Source of the DNA: Trichosphaerium sp. ATCC 40318
Taxonomy: Eukaryota > Protista > Tubulinea
Reading direction: 5' to 3'
DNA length: 64,000 bases
Assembly: GCA_038496445.1 (NCBI GenBank)
Contig: JALMLS010000523.1
Coordinates: 1 to 64,000, forward strand
The notes under the pieces are model-generated. The model saw only the letters and a list, made by a program, of their open reading frames with translations, was not told where the DNA came from and made no database searches. Positions 27,901 to 41,411 of this stretch are shown piece after piece. Positions within the stretch are counted from its first letter, which is position 1, and each line of letters opens with the position of its first letter. A program made the translations under genes and the position numbers.

Positions 27901-28498
27901 AGTTTGGATCTACTGCTTCAAATCAAACACGTTATACTCCTACATCAACAAATGCTTCGTATGGTACTCCTGTTCAGCCTAAAACAACAACAAATGCATA
28001 TGGAAATCAACAGCAACAAGTTCAGCCAAAGGCTAATTATGGTCGTCCTATTAATCGGGCTTTGCCTGCTACAACATCACAGAATAAGAGATCAAAGAAT
28101 CGTGCAGTTAAAGTAGAGATCCAGATAGCAAACAACACAGAGTCCACATCGCCTACACCTGAGCCTAAAAAACAATCAACAAGCAAAAAAAAAGAAAGTA
28201 AATGGTGGAGATCTTCAAAGCGTAAATCGAAGCACAATAAGAAGAGACCTTTATCACCACCAAAGACAACTGTTCAAACACCTTTAACTAAATCACTACC
28301 ACAGGTACGTAAAGGAGACTCTCAGAGTTCGGAAAAACAAAAGCCCTGAAAACTCCAAGTTGTTTTTTTAAATCGTTTGTTTAGAACGTAACACGCACTG
28401 CACCTACACATATGCAGACAACTTCACATCCTGGACCAGGTCTTAGGTTATCACCAGAAGTGCTATTGTCTGCTTTGAAGCGATCAGGATCAAATTAA
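24931..28498 (+). CDS. PAK/STE20-family kinase with Pro/Lys-rich region and SH3 domain
   Basis: VAIKKM, LWVVMEFMDKGSL, HRDIKSDN, DFG and GTPYWMSPE; SH3 (EIHLAVGD...WC.G...GKEGWFPRNF). Confidence 0.88.
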
Positions 28499-28841
28499 AA
28501 AAAATACAAAAATCTGTACAGGAAGATTTTTTTGTAGATACAGTACAAAAAAAAAAGTATTGTGCTGTGTACGAAGATCGACTGTGTATTCTAAAAAAAA
28601 ACATACTTGTAACTCACCCCTTCCTTCTTTATCTTTATCCTACTCTCTATGCTCTTACCAGTAATACATTCTTTCAAGAATGTTCGGAATAACGAGCGAA
28701 ACTAGAAGCCTAAGCATTTTTTTTTGGTCTTTCGAAAAACGTTGATCACGTGTTTGAAGCGACTTATCTCGGAAGTAGTGCTGCTTAAAATACGCTTTAT
28801 ACTATTAATACTAGCAGCTCTTGGTATACTGGTTATCAACT

Positions 28842-29538
28842 ATGCATAAAGATAAGAAAGCACCAACAAACACGTGGCTAACAGCAACAAATCTTAAATA
28901 CGTTTTTTTTTGCCTATGTGTTGTTTTATTGTTTCTCAACACCAATGCTATAAGCGGTTTGAGAAAACAAATAAACGAAAAGAGAATTGTACCAGATACG
29001 CCTAAAGAAGATCTAAAACGAAAAATAAACGCTCTAGAGAGCAAACTGGATGTTTCTCTTGGGTCTATAAATGAAATCCAACAAGACACTCGTACAGCGA
29101 TGGATACAGCCAAACGCGCTATGCATATGGTGGAAGAGGTTCAAAGATCTATAAACAGTGTATGTTGCTTTCAAACTGCTTAAGGTTTTCTGCGCAGCGA
29201 GAAATGGTTCTTACTTCATTTCTTGTATCTGATACTGCAGCTTGTCATAACTCCGGTTAGGTGCTAAAGTTGAAGCCTCAAATACAACGAGTGTTGAATA
29301 TCTCCATGACAATGGCTAATTTAAAGAGCGTAAAGCAGATACAACAAGATTTGGTAATGTGCGTTGTTATCTTTTTTTTTTGTTTTTCCTAAGTTTCATT
29401 AATAAAGAGTTCACGAAAAATTGGATAGTATTATAAGTGGCAATGCGTGGGAAGGTACGAAATGATCTCGAATTGTTGTAATTTAATCATGTTATAGCAC
29501 CAGCTGCAACCGAAACTGGTGGAGCAGAAGAGAAATAA
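28842..29538 (+). CDS. Small type II membrane coiled-coil protein, unknown function
   Basis: N-terminal TM (YVFFCLCVVLLFL) followed by heptad-like helix; GT-AG introns join in frame to TAA at 29536. Confidence 0.55.
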
Positions 29539-29718
29539 TAGAAACCATTCTTGTAAATAAAAATTCTGAATTGATTACGACGTATTTTCCCTCTCTTTCA
29601 ACCCACCCGCTCTCAAAGGCGTTGTTCAAAAACAGGTTAACGAATGCAACTTTTTATACACCGGGAACTCACAGTGGCCTTTAGTTACAGAGGTAACAGT
29701 AATTTTTATAAATTATTA

Positions 29719-31042
29719 TTATTTAACATCTATCACATACAATTCGCTTTTCTTTTTTTCAGCAACAGCCGCATAAATTTTACCATTCTTATAGTGAAGA
29801 GCATAATAAGACTCTAACTTAGGGTTTGTACGAAGCTTTATAACCTCAGGCAAACGTCTCCTAGCAGCAATAAGCAAAACAAAAAAAACCAAAAAACAGA
29901 TTTCTTCTTCATTTTTCTCATTAATTTCTGACACTTGCTTTAAATATTCACGTGATATTTTAGAAAAAAATTCTTACCTAGTAAACCTTTTAAACAATCC
30001 ATCATGAGAAGCAAAATATATATTACTCTGTTCATCAATAACTAATCCCCAAACAAACTTTTCATGAACAACAACAGTTTCAACAATACCATTAAATATC
30101 CTACGAATACAAGTACTATCTGCAACATAAATATCATTACTATTTGGATCAATAGCAATAGAACTTGGAAAAGTAAATAAAGCATCTTCAATAGGACCAT
30201 CCAAAGTCTTTGTTATATCAGCACGTCCAGCAAGTACTCTAACATCACCTTTTCTTGATATAATATAAATACAATGATTCCAAAAATCAGTAGCTAATAT
30301 ATCACCATTATGATCAAAGCACATTCCATAAGGCCAGTTAAACTCTGCTTCATTATTACCTGAAACACAAGGACTGAATCCTTTCTTCTTAGGTGTACCA
30401 GCAAGTGTTCTTATAGTCCTTTCTCTTGTATTTATCTCACGTACTGTTCTATGACCTGTATCTGTAATGATTATATTATCGTTGTCATCAACAAGAACGG
30501 AATAAGGCCAACTCAACCCTGCACATTCTATTGGACCATCATTGTACTGAGAAAACGCTTTACTGTTCCCTTGTATCAGTTTTGTCGTTTCCCCAGTTTT
30601 TGGGTTTAGAAAGCTTACTAGAAACTTCTCTTGGTCAAGTATTACTAACTAAACAGCGTTTTAGCGTATTACCGCGCCTTTTGAATAAAAAAAACGTTAC
30701 GAATTTCTAACTAAATCGGTTGTAACATAAGTATACGTTTTAATGCGTACTCTACCATCTGCCATTGAAGCGACGCTTTTAACACCTTCAAATTGCGTAT
30801 TTGGCGTCAGATTTTTTGGTTTAAATACCTTTACGCGTATCTAGGTGTATTATTAACGCGTTTAGTGAGGGTATGGCGGGTTTTCTTATTAAACCGCGGA
30901 TAAAACTCACCTTTGCTATCTCAGAGTTATATAATACATACTTGCAGTAGCTACACCACAATTGAGCGTTAATAAGATCCTTTTGCGGGAGTAGTAACAA
31001 AACCTCCGTTATTATCTCGGGAGGTAGCTGTAAAATACTCAT
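29719..31042 (-). CDS. F-box + NHL-repeat beta-propeller protein
   Basis: ILQLPPEIITEVLLLL; NHL units WPYSVLVD..IIITDTGH, FNWPYGM and FTFPSSIAID..IYVAD. Confidence 0.85.
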
Positions 31043-31330
31043 TTTAACGTGAAAGGGCGTCAATGGATTACTGGCGTTTGTGTAAGTGGAGTCTAGTATT
31101 TTCGACGCTAGCCAAAAGTGCTCTCAGAACTACAACCTGTACGGCTTAGACTCACAAACAACATGCGAGAAATTCAGTCAAGCAATACTTAGCCTGCATG
31201 TTGGTAGTGTACCTTCGGTTTTCCTTCTTTTCTTTGAAGCAAAATAAGAGGATTTTTCTAAAAACGTGTCAAAGCGGAAATTTCAACTATTTCTCATATT
31301 GGCAGTACATACACGACTACCACGCCTAGT

Positions 31331-32487
31331 ATGAATCAACAACAAGTGTTTGACATTTTAGAACTACCTGTAGAGGTTATTGAGTTAATACTACTCAAAC
31401 TACCTGAAAGGAGCTTTATATCGTCTAGAATTCTTTGTAAGTACACGCAAGATATTATAGACGCTACGGTGGAGCATCAGGTACAAAATAAAAGCTAACG
31501 CCTGCAAAATCATGCTCATAGTTATTTAGACGCTGAAGAAGGTATTCTCGCTAACACCGTTATATCCACAAGTTGCTACAACCGATTTAGATATTGTAAC
31601 AGCTGGGGGCGCTTGCATTGACTACGAGAACAACGTACGCAATATTGTTAACTGTTTGTATTTTTTTTGCATCACGTTTTACTAACTTGCGTTCAGCTCC
31701 TTTTTCTCGAGTTAACTACGCGCGTTATTGTACGTTACAGCCCTGAAACTAAAGAATTTCGAGTTGTTGCTGGAAATGCAGCAGCTCGCGTATTTGATCC
31801 GGAATTGCGCTTCACGGACTTATATACCATTGCATGTCACGGAAAGGATATTTATATTACAGACACACGTTTCAATGGAGTACAAACGGCTTCAATTATA
31901 AAATTTGATGAACAAACTGGAGACGTTACAACACTTGCTCGACTGCCTTTCAGAGCTGTTCAAGGGATGTGTTTTTTGAAAGACAAGTGTTTTGTATCAT
32001 CTCCACGGACAAAGACATTATATGTATGTGATCTTAATGGTAAAACAGATCTAGTACACACCTACTCTTCACGTGCGTTAAAAAATAATTTTTATTTTTT
32101 TTCTTGTTTAGTGTTTGAAGTCTTATCGATCTAATCGCTTAATTAGGTAGTTGTTGTCCTCGTGAAATTGTTGTAGGAGGTCATGATGTGATGTATGCAA
32201 AGACTCAGAATGGTTTAGTAATTCTAGAACCAAATGGAGCTCAGACTTTGTTCGTCGTTGGAAAAATCCAGTTTTTTGATGTCAGTGTGAAAGGTGATGT
32301 TTATTTCATTAAACTTAAGGAGCCAGGGATATTCAAGTACTTCGCTAATTCAGGACATGTCACGAGGTTGAAGATACCTTCTCTATCCAATTTTGCATAC
32401 ATAAGACTGAAATGCTCAAGTAACAAGTTATACTTGTTCTGTAAACCAGTTAATAGAGTATGCAAAGTATTTGAGGTAGAATTGTAA
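31331..32487 (+). CDS. F-box + beta-propeller (NHL/SMP-30-like) protein, divergent from its neighbour
   Basis: ILELPVEVIELILLKLP F-box; RVVAG and DIYITDT propeller-type strands. Confidence 0.75.
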
Positions 32488-32887
32488 AAAAAGAACAGTA
32501 ATAAAAGATTAGAATTCTCGACCTACGTACAACTAAGGTTGCCAATAAACTCAACTGAGGAATGCCAATATATAAGTGCCTATTAGAGGCATATATACAG
32601 CGGCTATAGACGGTGTCTAATTTAGTTATCAAAGCACAAAGTTCAATCAAAGAGAAGCTGTGTACTGACTTCCGAAGAGAAAGCAAACTCGACAGGAGTA
32701 GCAATCTGTAGCATGCGTATTCAAACAACGCAACGTCTGCTCGTGCAAAAAACAAAGAAAAATAAGATGAAGAATTCCTGGATATGAAAGTTGCAACCTT
32801 GGTCGTTGCACGTAACAAAAACTAAGGCTATTGTGTTTGATACGTATCTACTTAGTTTATTTCTCTAAAAACCTCTTTGATATTTGC

Positions 32888-33367
32888 TTATAGTTCGGAC
32901 TCTTCTGCTGCGATCTCTTGGTGTCTTTTCCAGAAGAAATAGCCGATAACCATGACAGCAATGATAATGAGAACAACAACCCACTTTTTGAGTTTTCTTT
33001 GCTTCTTTACGGCTCTTTTGCCTACTTCTACGTCTTCTTCTTCACTTTCATCTCCGTTGGCGATTTCTACGAATGTATCACGGATTTCACCTTCTGGCAT
33101 TACGTTGTAGTAGTCTTCGATGTCCTTGTCTTCTAATTCGAATAGAAAAGAAGCTAGTTTTTCTTCTGTTCTATCATCGCAAAGAGCTCCAAAATCAGCT
33201 CTGACGCTTGACCTACGGCATACGAAGCCGATAATAGCGTTTAGCTTTTGTTCGCTTTGCTGGAGAGCTACTCTGTCGATTAAATTCATTACGCGGGTGT
33301 TAGGCAGGAAGTATTCGCCCATGACGACGGCGCATAGTAAAAGGGCGATGATAGCAGTGCGTCTCAT
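32888..33367 (-). CDS. Single-exon type I membrane protein, unknown function
   Basis: Signal peptide, acidic linker and C-terminal TM helix. Confidence 0.7.
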   Translation of the reverse strand: MRRTAIIALLLCAVVMGEYFLPNTRVMNLIDRVALQQSEQKLNAIIGFVCRRSSVRADFGALCDDRTEEKLASFLFELEDKDIEDYYNVMPEGEIRDTFVEIANGDESEEEDVEVGKRAVKKQRKLKKWVVVLIIIAVMVIGYFFWKRHQEIAAEESEL

Positions 33368-33631
33368 TGTGTGATGGGAATTATGACTAAAAACAGAAAG
33401 TAAGTTCCGGAAACGGAAGTAGCTTCTCTAGTTACGTCTGGGAGGCAAAAACGCGAAAAAAAACAACGGTTAACGTTTGAAAATGGTGTACGGTTAATAT
33501 TACAGTGCAGCGCGTAGATTTGGAATTACAATTCGCCACAGCCACTAAACAAAGCTTAATTTTGCTTGAAGACGCATCGCTACGGTTGTCTTTGTAATGT
33601 ACAGCTTAACGGTACTTATCTCATAACTTTG

Positions 33632-35158
33632 ATGGCAAACACAGATGAGAAGCTTCAAGCGGCTATAAGTAACGTCAAAAGCGCAGTTAATGTACCACCG
33701 AAGTATTCTGGTACAAAAATAGTGTAACTATAACCCAATAACATGACAAAGAGGGTAACGAATGGTGGAGAACGTTTTCACCGTATAAGAAGGCTTTGAA
33801 GGTTTGGAGGTTTAATGACGCCAAATGGGAAACTGTACCGCAAAGTACGATACTAATCGTTGTCGCACTACCGTTTAACCGCTTACTTTAGTAACCCCGA
33901 ACGCTGAACCTATAAACGCCAAAACACTCTCTGTAGTAACCTACAACGTATGTATACGCGAACCAATACGAAATAGCGTAATAAATCACTTATTTAGGTT
34001 TGGTTCGGCAGATATCGGTTTGAACAGCGTGTAAAAGCTCTTTTACGCATTTTTGAAGAACAAAACGCCGATTTTGTGTGTCTACAAGAAGGTACGTTTG
34101 CTTGGACTTCAAGACGAGTCAATCGATTTTCCTTTGCTGCTACTTGACGAATATTTAGTCACTCCAAAGTTTGTTGAGCTTCTTGTAAAAGATGAATGGA
34201 TTCAAAAGAATTATTTTTTATCAGATGCAAAAGGAGCTACAGTATTCAAGTATGGTGTTCTTATAATGTCAAGGTATCCTGTACATAATCTACGTAAGTT
34301 ATGTCTACCAACTGAGATGCAACGGGATCTTTTGTCAGTAGACATTTCCATCAATGGAAGCATAGTACGAAAGAAAATCTCCAACAAAGATGAAGAAAAT
34401 ATTTTGCATTTCATAAATATCACGTGCACATTTTTTTTTGTTTTTTTTTTTTGAGTTGCTTGTAGCCTAACTTTGTCTTTTATTAGATATGTGTTTGTAC
34501 CGTTCATTTGGAGAGCTTGGATTCAGCTGAATTGAGAGCCATACAGTTGTTTCATATAGCAGAGCATTTGAAGAACTATAAAAATATTATTTTCACAGGA
34601 GATTTCAACTTTGATTCTGTGCGTCTAATAGTACCTAATACCCAAACAACTAATTCTTTACTAAAAGACGCGTAATTTTGATATAACAAAGAAAGAACTT
34701 GAAAATGATTGCTTGGCAAAGCTGTTACCAGGATGGGAAGATATTTGGTGTAAACTACAAACAACGAAAGGTTGGACATTCGACACAACCACAAATGAAA
34801 TGTTATTCAGACATAAAGACGAGCACATGCGCTATGATCGCATAATGTGCAAGTAAGTTCTATTCTATTTCATAACAATTATTAAAGCGCTTCTAGAAGT
34901 AGTACATGGCGTGCTGAATCTATTAAAATCATTGGCAACACGCCTATTTGTGGTACCGTTTTTTTTAATTGTAGTTTTCTTTTTTCCCGTTTTAGCCCTG
35001 ACAATACATTAGACGAATCAGGGCTTGCTGTCAGAGATGTTGAAAAAGAAGATAAGGCAGTTTTTCCGAGGTATAAAGCTCGAGCAAGAATTATTGCCAA
35101 CTGACTTTATTATAGTGATCATTTTGGACTTGCTGCTGTTTTTGGCATTTTACCTTAG
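33632..35158 (+). CDS. Endonuclease/exonuclease/phosphatase family protein, TDP2-like
   Basis: VVTYNVW, VCLQEV, TVHLES, GDFN, RYDR and PSDHFG motifs. Confidence 0.88.
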
Positions 35159-35968
35159 CTCTAAAAGCTGCAATATTTCTGAGGATGCAATATAGTAGTA
35201 TAAACACAATAGAATACAAATAAAATCACATGTACCGGCATCAAGCGGAACAGTAAATAACAAGAGTATGTATTTATTGGCATGGTATACACCGTAAAAT
35301 TTCGAAAAAAAAATTCGAACAAAAAGTTCAAAATCAGACAATATTTGTTCTCACCAATGCTGATATTGTGAACGAATGCCGGGTTCTTGTGCTCAGGAGC
35401 GATTCGTATAGCGTTTACCGGCTGAAAGCGAACTCCGCTTGTTAGTCTGTAATTTGTAATGAAAGGTAACATCACTTTTGTGTTTCGAAATTGTGATTTT
35501 TGACTATTGCTATTTACCGGATTTCGAAAACCTTTGAGCCGTTTTACTCACCTCAGAACCATCTTAAACTTCAATTGCTATTCTGACTATATAGTCGGGA
35601 TTCTATACTTGTAGTAAATAAACTATTTTGCTATTCGGTTATGCTGTGCCGACGAAAAGTACCGACAGTCATAGCAATTTTTTTCCAAACACTTATTCAA
35701 CAATTTCGGAAGTTCTGAAACTGTCCCAATAGCGATGACGACCAAAAGTCTTTTAAAGCAAAAAGTCTTTATTATTGGTTATTAAACTAGTGAGCATAGT
35801 TAAGACTAAACTGCCAGTAGTACACGGAAATTTTTTCTTCCGAAAACCTCGAATTCTGTTGTAAACGATTTGAGTGCACTCAATAGTTTACTTAATTTAT
35901 TTAAGTACACCTCACATTTTTACTCGTGGCTAGTGCGTGCATCACAGCGCATCTGGCCTACTATTACC

Positions 35969-38900
35969 ATGGCACATACGCTCTTTATCATTTTGGGTTT
36001 TATCATAGCAGTACAAGCCACTACCAGGTTCATAAGCCCACAAGGTAAATTAGTAATCTCATTTGGAAAAAAACCCCTCACTTTGCGTATTTTAAAGGTA
36101 CCGACTTTGGAGACTGCACAGACGCTGTAACACCTTGTCGTTCATTGAGATACACTCTCTTCAATGTAACAAAGACAGGTGATACCGTAAAGCTTGATTC
36201 AGGGATATACACAGGTACTAAGCGCACGTGATTTGACAACCAAAAATCGACATCTCACGAAAAATTATTCAGGTTTGGACAATTGGTTTCTGGATTGGCC
36301 AGATCCCCAAACTCTCCATGGTGTAAAGATTATAGGTACTCGAGGTCGGTATTCGTATTTTTGTTAAAACATCTTGTGTTTAGGCTCAAATACAGGCGAA
36401 ACGATACTAGATGGCGAAATGCAGGCGTATTTTTTTGTATTTCATTGTGACCTTGCTTTAACAGATCCACGCATTGGCGTTTTGGAAATATCGCATATTA
36501 AATTTACAAGAGCCACATGCATACCCCACGAAAGCGCGGTACGACGAAAATAGAAAATTTTTTGGTTTCCCAACACGTGATCACAGATTACATTAGTTTG
36601 TGCTTCGAAAAATGTTTGTAGTTTAGTTGAAATCGCCCCACAGGGAACTATAATTTTTATTTTACATTATATTCAATCAAAGTAGCAACATAACGATCTT
36701 GGCGCTGTGATATTCGCTAGAGATGGTTGTAGTATCAGTTTAAGGTACAAACAACGCCATTGTCTTATTTTCTGTTTTTCTTTAGTAACTTTACTTTTAA
36801 GCGACTGTACATTTGTTGATAACGTTTGTAACGAATCTTTAACAAACCGTACACCCAGACAAAGCATAATATCCTTGGAACAGTCACATATAAAATTACA
36901 AAGGTATCGAGTTTGTGTACTATGTTTAAACCGTTTTTTTAAAGTTTGTCAAAAATAGAGTGTCGTTCATTAACAACGAAAACGCTTTCAATGGTATTGT
37001 ACGTTCGAAAAAAGGTAGAATAGATATGGAAGATTGCTTATTCCAGAACAACACCGTTGGAGGTCAAGGTATGCGGGTTTTTTGTAGCTCATCGTAATCT
37101 TCTTTTTAATCTTTACATCATTTGTTAGGATCCATATGGGCTGAAGTAACTACTGTCGAGATGGATAACTGTAAGTTTATAAACAACACAGCACCACTAA
37201 CTGGTGGTTTGAGTACGGTCATTTTTCGCAATAAGTCTCTAACGTAACAAAACTGAAACCTCTGTTATAGGATGTTTGGGTACAGTTGTAGACTCCGCAA
37301 CAATACATCTACGAAATTCGGAGTTTATCAATTGCGAAAATGGTAAGCAGTCAATTGTATGATGTTCATTGTACTAACGCGTTACCTCGTAGCTGTTTGG
37401 CTAAAATTTTCCGATCATACGTTCATTGAGGGTTGCATGTTCAAGTGCGAGATCTATTTTTAGTCACATGATTAGAAAACACGTGATAATCTCTAATTGT
37501 TTGTTTAGGGACAATATAAAAAATGCTATTCTCGCAGTTGGGGTTCTTAACACTACTGTACACGATAGTACATTTGTCAATAATTATGGAGACCAAGGTG
37601 GTGCTATATACTTGTATCCTGGTGACAGAACTGATGAGTTGACTGTGAGTGATTCAATGTTTATGGATAACACAGCAAAATGGAATGTAAGTACCTTATT
37701 TTGTTCTATGTTTTTCTTCTTCTTGTATCTCCTTAACTTACCCCTCTCTTAAAGGGCGGATCCATTTATGTTGAAAACAATGTGAATATGTCAGTTATAA
37801 ACAGCGTATTTATTGGCAGTACCTGTTCAAATAATGGTGGCGCTATCAATATTCTCAACGGGAACAAAAAATATGTTTTTCGCAATTCAACTTTTTCAAA
37901 AGGAAAGGCAGGACATCAAGGAGGCGCTATTTCGTTTAGTACAGGCTTAACTTGGTCTCCAGCAGTAGTAGAAGTAGTAGACTGCCTGTTTGAAGACAAT
38001 GTAGTCGGTGAGATAACGGATATTAATATCAGGGGATCAGGAGGAGCTATCTTTGATAAGTGGTATTCAGTGGATTACATAAATAGCAGTTTTATAGGAA
38101 ATGAAGCTACTTTCGAAGGTGGAGCTATCAAGTCTTTTGGTAGTAACCAAATTATATCTGGATGCGTTTTCAAGGATAATACTTGTCCTTCTGGCGGAGG
38201 AATACACTTGAGAGGAAGTAACAATACTGTGAGATCATCTTTCTTCGAGTTCAATAAAGGTGGAGGTACGCGTATTGTTTTGTACTTGGCTCTATACTCA
38301 CTTTGTATCAAATAGCTATTTACGCTAATCCGAATGCTGATTTATTTGATAACACGTTTGTGCGTTCATCAACTTACGATCTTGATGGATTCTTTCCGTC
38401 TGCTACAAATGGTACCACAACAAAGTGAAATAAAGGATCTTGAATTCTTACTTTTTTTTCAAGGAAATAAGTTTGATGTACTTCATGTACCTACAACATC
38501 ATTCTGGGATATTGAAGCAGAATTAGAGACATCTTCATTGGTACTGGTTGGGGGAGTGATACGTTTCCTTCCTGGAGGCAGCATCACAATCACAAAGTCT
38601 TTTGAATTTTCAGTGGACGGTGTATTAACTGTACGTCTTTTAGATAAGAAATTTAGGATTGTCTTACTTATTCATTTACAGAGTAATGAGGGAAGCTTAG
38701 ATGAAATAACGAAAAGAGATACTCTCGATGAACCTGATATTATTCTTGGCTCAGAAAGTGTTAGTGAGTTCAATTTTCGTAGCTTGACTATTCACAATGT
38801 CACAATTGAAAATAGAGGTACCTGAGTTAGTTTCTTATTTTATTCCTATTACAAACAATTGTGTAGGGCAGCTTCTGATTACTAGAGAATTGATTCATAA

Positions 38901-41036
38901 TTTTCCATTCTCTCCAAAATATAGCCATATTTCGAATGTACCAGGATCCTCGTTAGTAGCTGGCTTTGGTGTTGATATTGGTGGATATGATTCTGTAATT
39001 AGTTTTACAAACTCATCGCTCGTTGTAAATGTACGTCGTTTCTAAAAAACAGCTTTTTGTGCCTGCTCGTCTCTCTTCGTTTCTGTACTCAATAGAATCA
39101 CTACCACCTACCCATACACAAAAGGGTGAACAGAACGAGTGATGAACTGAGTCAAGAATCCTTGTATGATTTTTTTCTTACTTATTGTTCATTAAGGGAC
39201 CAATTGAGATCAATACAACCACTCTTTTTAAGAATGGAAGTAAGGTAGTAATGTTTATCGAGGAGGCTTTTATCACATGGCACGTTAATCCAACAGTTGG
39301 TACACTACATATGAGTAAAGTACTTTCAACTAATTTTTTTCTTCAAGAGGGCAAGCTTCGTGTTGAAGTGATGCGTATTGTTGTTACTGTTGGAGAGACC
39401 TTTAAAGTAATGAACTTTACTAATAAGTCAAACATAAGCAACCTTGAAGACAAGATAGACCTTGTTTTAATAACAAGACGTGGTGAAGAGTTTACAAAGG
39501 TAACTTTTTCAGAAGGAGAAATAAAAGCACTTGTTATCGAAAAACCACGTGTTTTACGAGAATGGAGTTCATGGTCTGATATTTCAACTATCATAATTGT
39601 TATTCTTTGTGCTATTGGGATACTGGCAACATTCTCAATGGCTGCTATTGTTCTTGTCTTCTGGTACGTACTATGAGACTTCTCAGGTTAAAACAAAGCG
39701 ATTTAAACTGACTTTATATCAAGGAGAAAATCTACTATTCTGAGAGCAGCATCAAGAGAATTCTTGCTTGTAATTCTGTTTGGTCTTGCATTATCTTACG
39801 CTGGAGCAATTACATGGTAATCACGTGTTTTGATCGCCTACTGTTTTAGTTAGTTATCAAATAACACTTGATTTATGTTTTATATAGGATTGCACCGGTG
39901 ACATCGAATGCTCTGTGTGAATTAAAAGTTTGGATTCCTTTACTTGGATTTGTGATTTCACTTGCGTAAGTGCTTTTTCCCGACACGACAACTTTGGATC
40001 CACTTTGTGTTGTATTGATTCCAAGCTGTTTTTTTAATTTTTTTTTTAGGCCTATCATTTCCAAGACTTATCGTATTAAACGTATATTCAGTACCAAGAA
40101 CTTGAAGATACATCTCATCACTTTCATTGAGGTTGTTCAAATAACATTAGCTATTATTGTAATCCAATTCGTATCCACACAATCACCTTTTTTTTTTTTT
40201 TTCAACCTGTTGTTTAATCTCCTTGACGATATGAGGTAATACTTGTGATGTGGACTACAACATCTCGGAACAAAATAGAACGCGTGATTGATCCAGTTGA
40301 TGACGATTATGAACTTCCTCAATGTAAAAGCAAATTCGGTTCTGTGTTCGTAATCTTAACTGTTGTTTATGAGGCACGTGTTTTTCTCCTCACTGCATCC
40401 ATCAATTTAACGATAATTATTTAGGGAGGCGTTCTTGTTGTTGGCGCATACTTTGCTTTTGCCGTAAGGAATGTTCCAGTCATGTACAATGAATCAAAAT
40501 GGATGGCAGCTGTTATTTATAACGATCTTGTTTGGGGTGTTTTACTTTTAATCTTTGGATACACTGTAACTTCTCCCACTTCATATGCTACTTTTAGTAT
40601 TGTTGTATCTCTTGGTATATGGTTCATAACAACAAGTACGTCATAACAAAAAAGAAGCTTAAACCAAGCACGTGACACGTGTTGAGAACTTACAAAAACG
40701 TTTGTTTTTTTAGTTACTCTTGGCATGATGTTTCTACCAAAAGTGACTCGAATGATTCTTAGAAGAGAAATAGATGATGCGAGACCAAGTAGACCAAGCT
40801 CAACTCCATCAAAACCGAGAATTATGCTTACAGGAAAACGTGTCATAAAAACAAAATCTAAATCAGCTTCGTCTGACGGAGTTAAAGAAGGAGAAGAAGA
40901 GAATAATAGCTTGAAACAATTTGTTAAACAACTTGAAGAAAAAGTAGAAGTACTTGAGACTGAACTTGCAAAGTATCAAACTGATTCAAGTACAAGTATG
41001 AAGTTACATTCAAATGACTCAAAAAACTCCATATAA
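35969..41036 (+). CDS. Class C (GABA-B/Grl-like) 7TM receptor with a parallel beta-helix (GGAI/FxxN) ectodomain and C-terminal coiled coil
   Basis: Signal peptide; repeated FxxN...GGAI; 7tm_3 motifs ILRAAS, KTYRI, YNESK and FLPK. Confidence 0.85.
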
Positions 41037-41411
41037 ATGTATTTCTACCATCTTAAGTTGAATACTACCAACAATAAAATTAGAGCAATTAAATTTACAC
41101 TGGTTTGTTCGCAAGATGTATTGATTATTATTTTGTCTGCTTGGTATGTATCAAGCGGTATGTATCGCTTCACTCATAGTTAGAAGATTTGATTATCGTT
41201 TCAAAGACAGTCAAAACGGACCAATTGGAATTTCATTCATTTTCTTATTTGGCAAGGAGCTGAAACTACTTAACCTATCGGTGGACTTTTTGCCTGCCAG
41301 TATTCATTGTGTACCTTGGTAGCGTCAAATAATAATAACCATATTGCAGTATTTTACCTAGCATTGTACATTGCCGTGAAACTTACACAATAGTAAAAAC
41401 AAGTTGTTTTA

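Noticed and set aside
28680-28955. Possible CT-AG or AT-AG introns (ctaagc..., atacgc..., atacgt...) mimicking GTAAG/GTACG donors
   Set aside because: An uninterrupted ORF from ATG 28842 already gives a sensible type II membrane protein, and no homology forces the odd splices.
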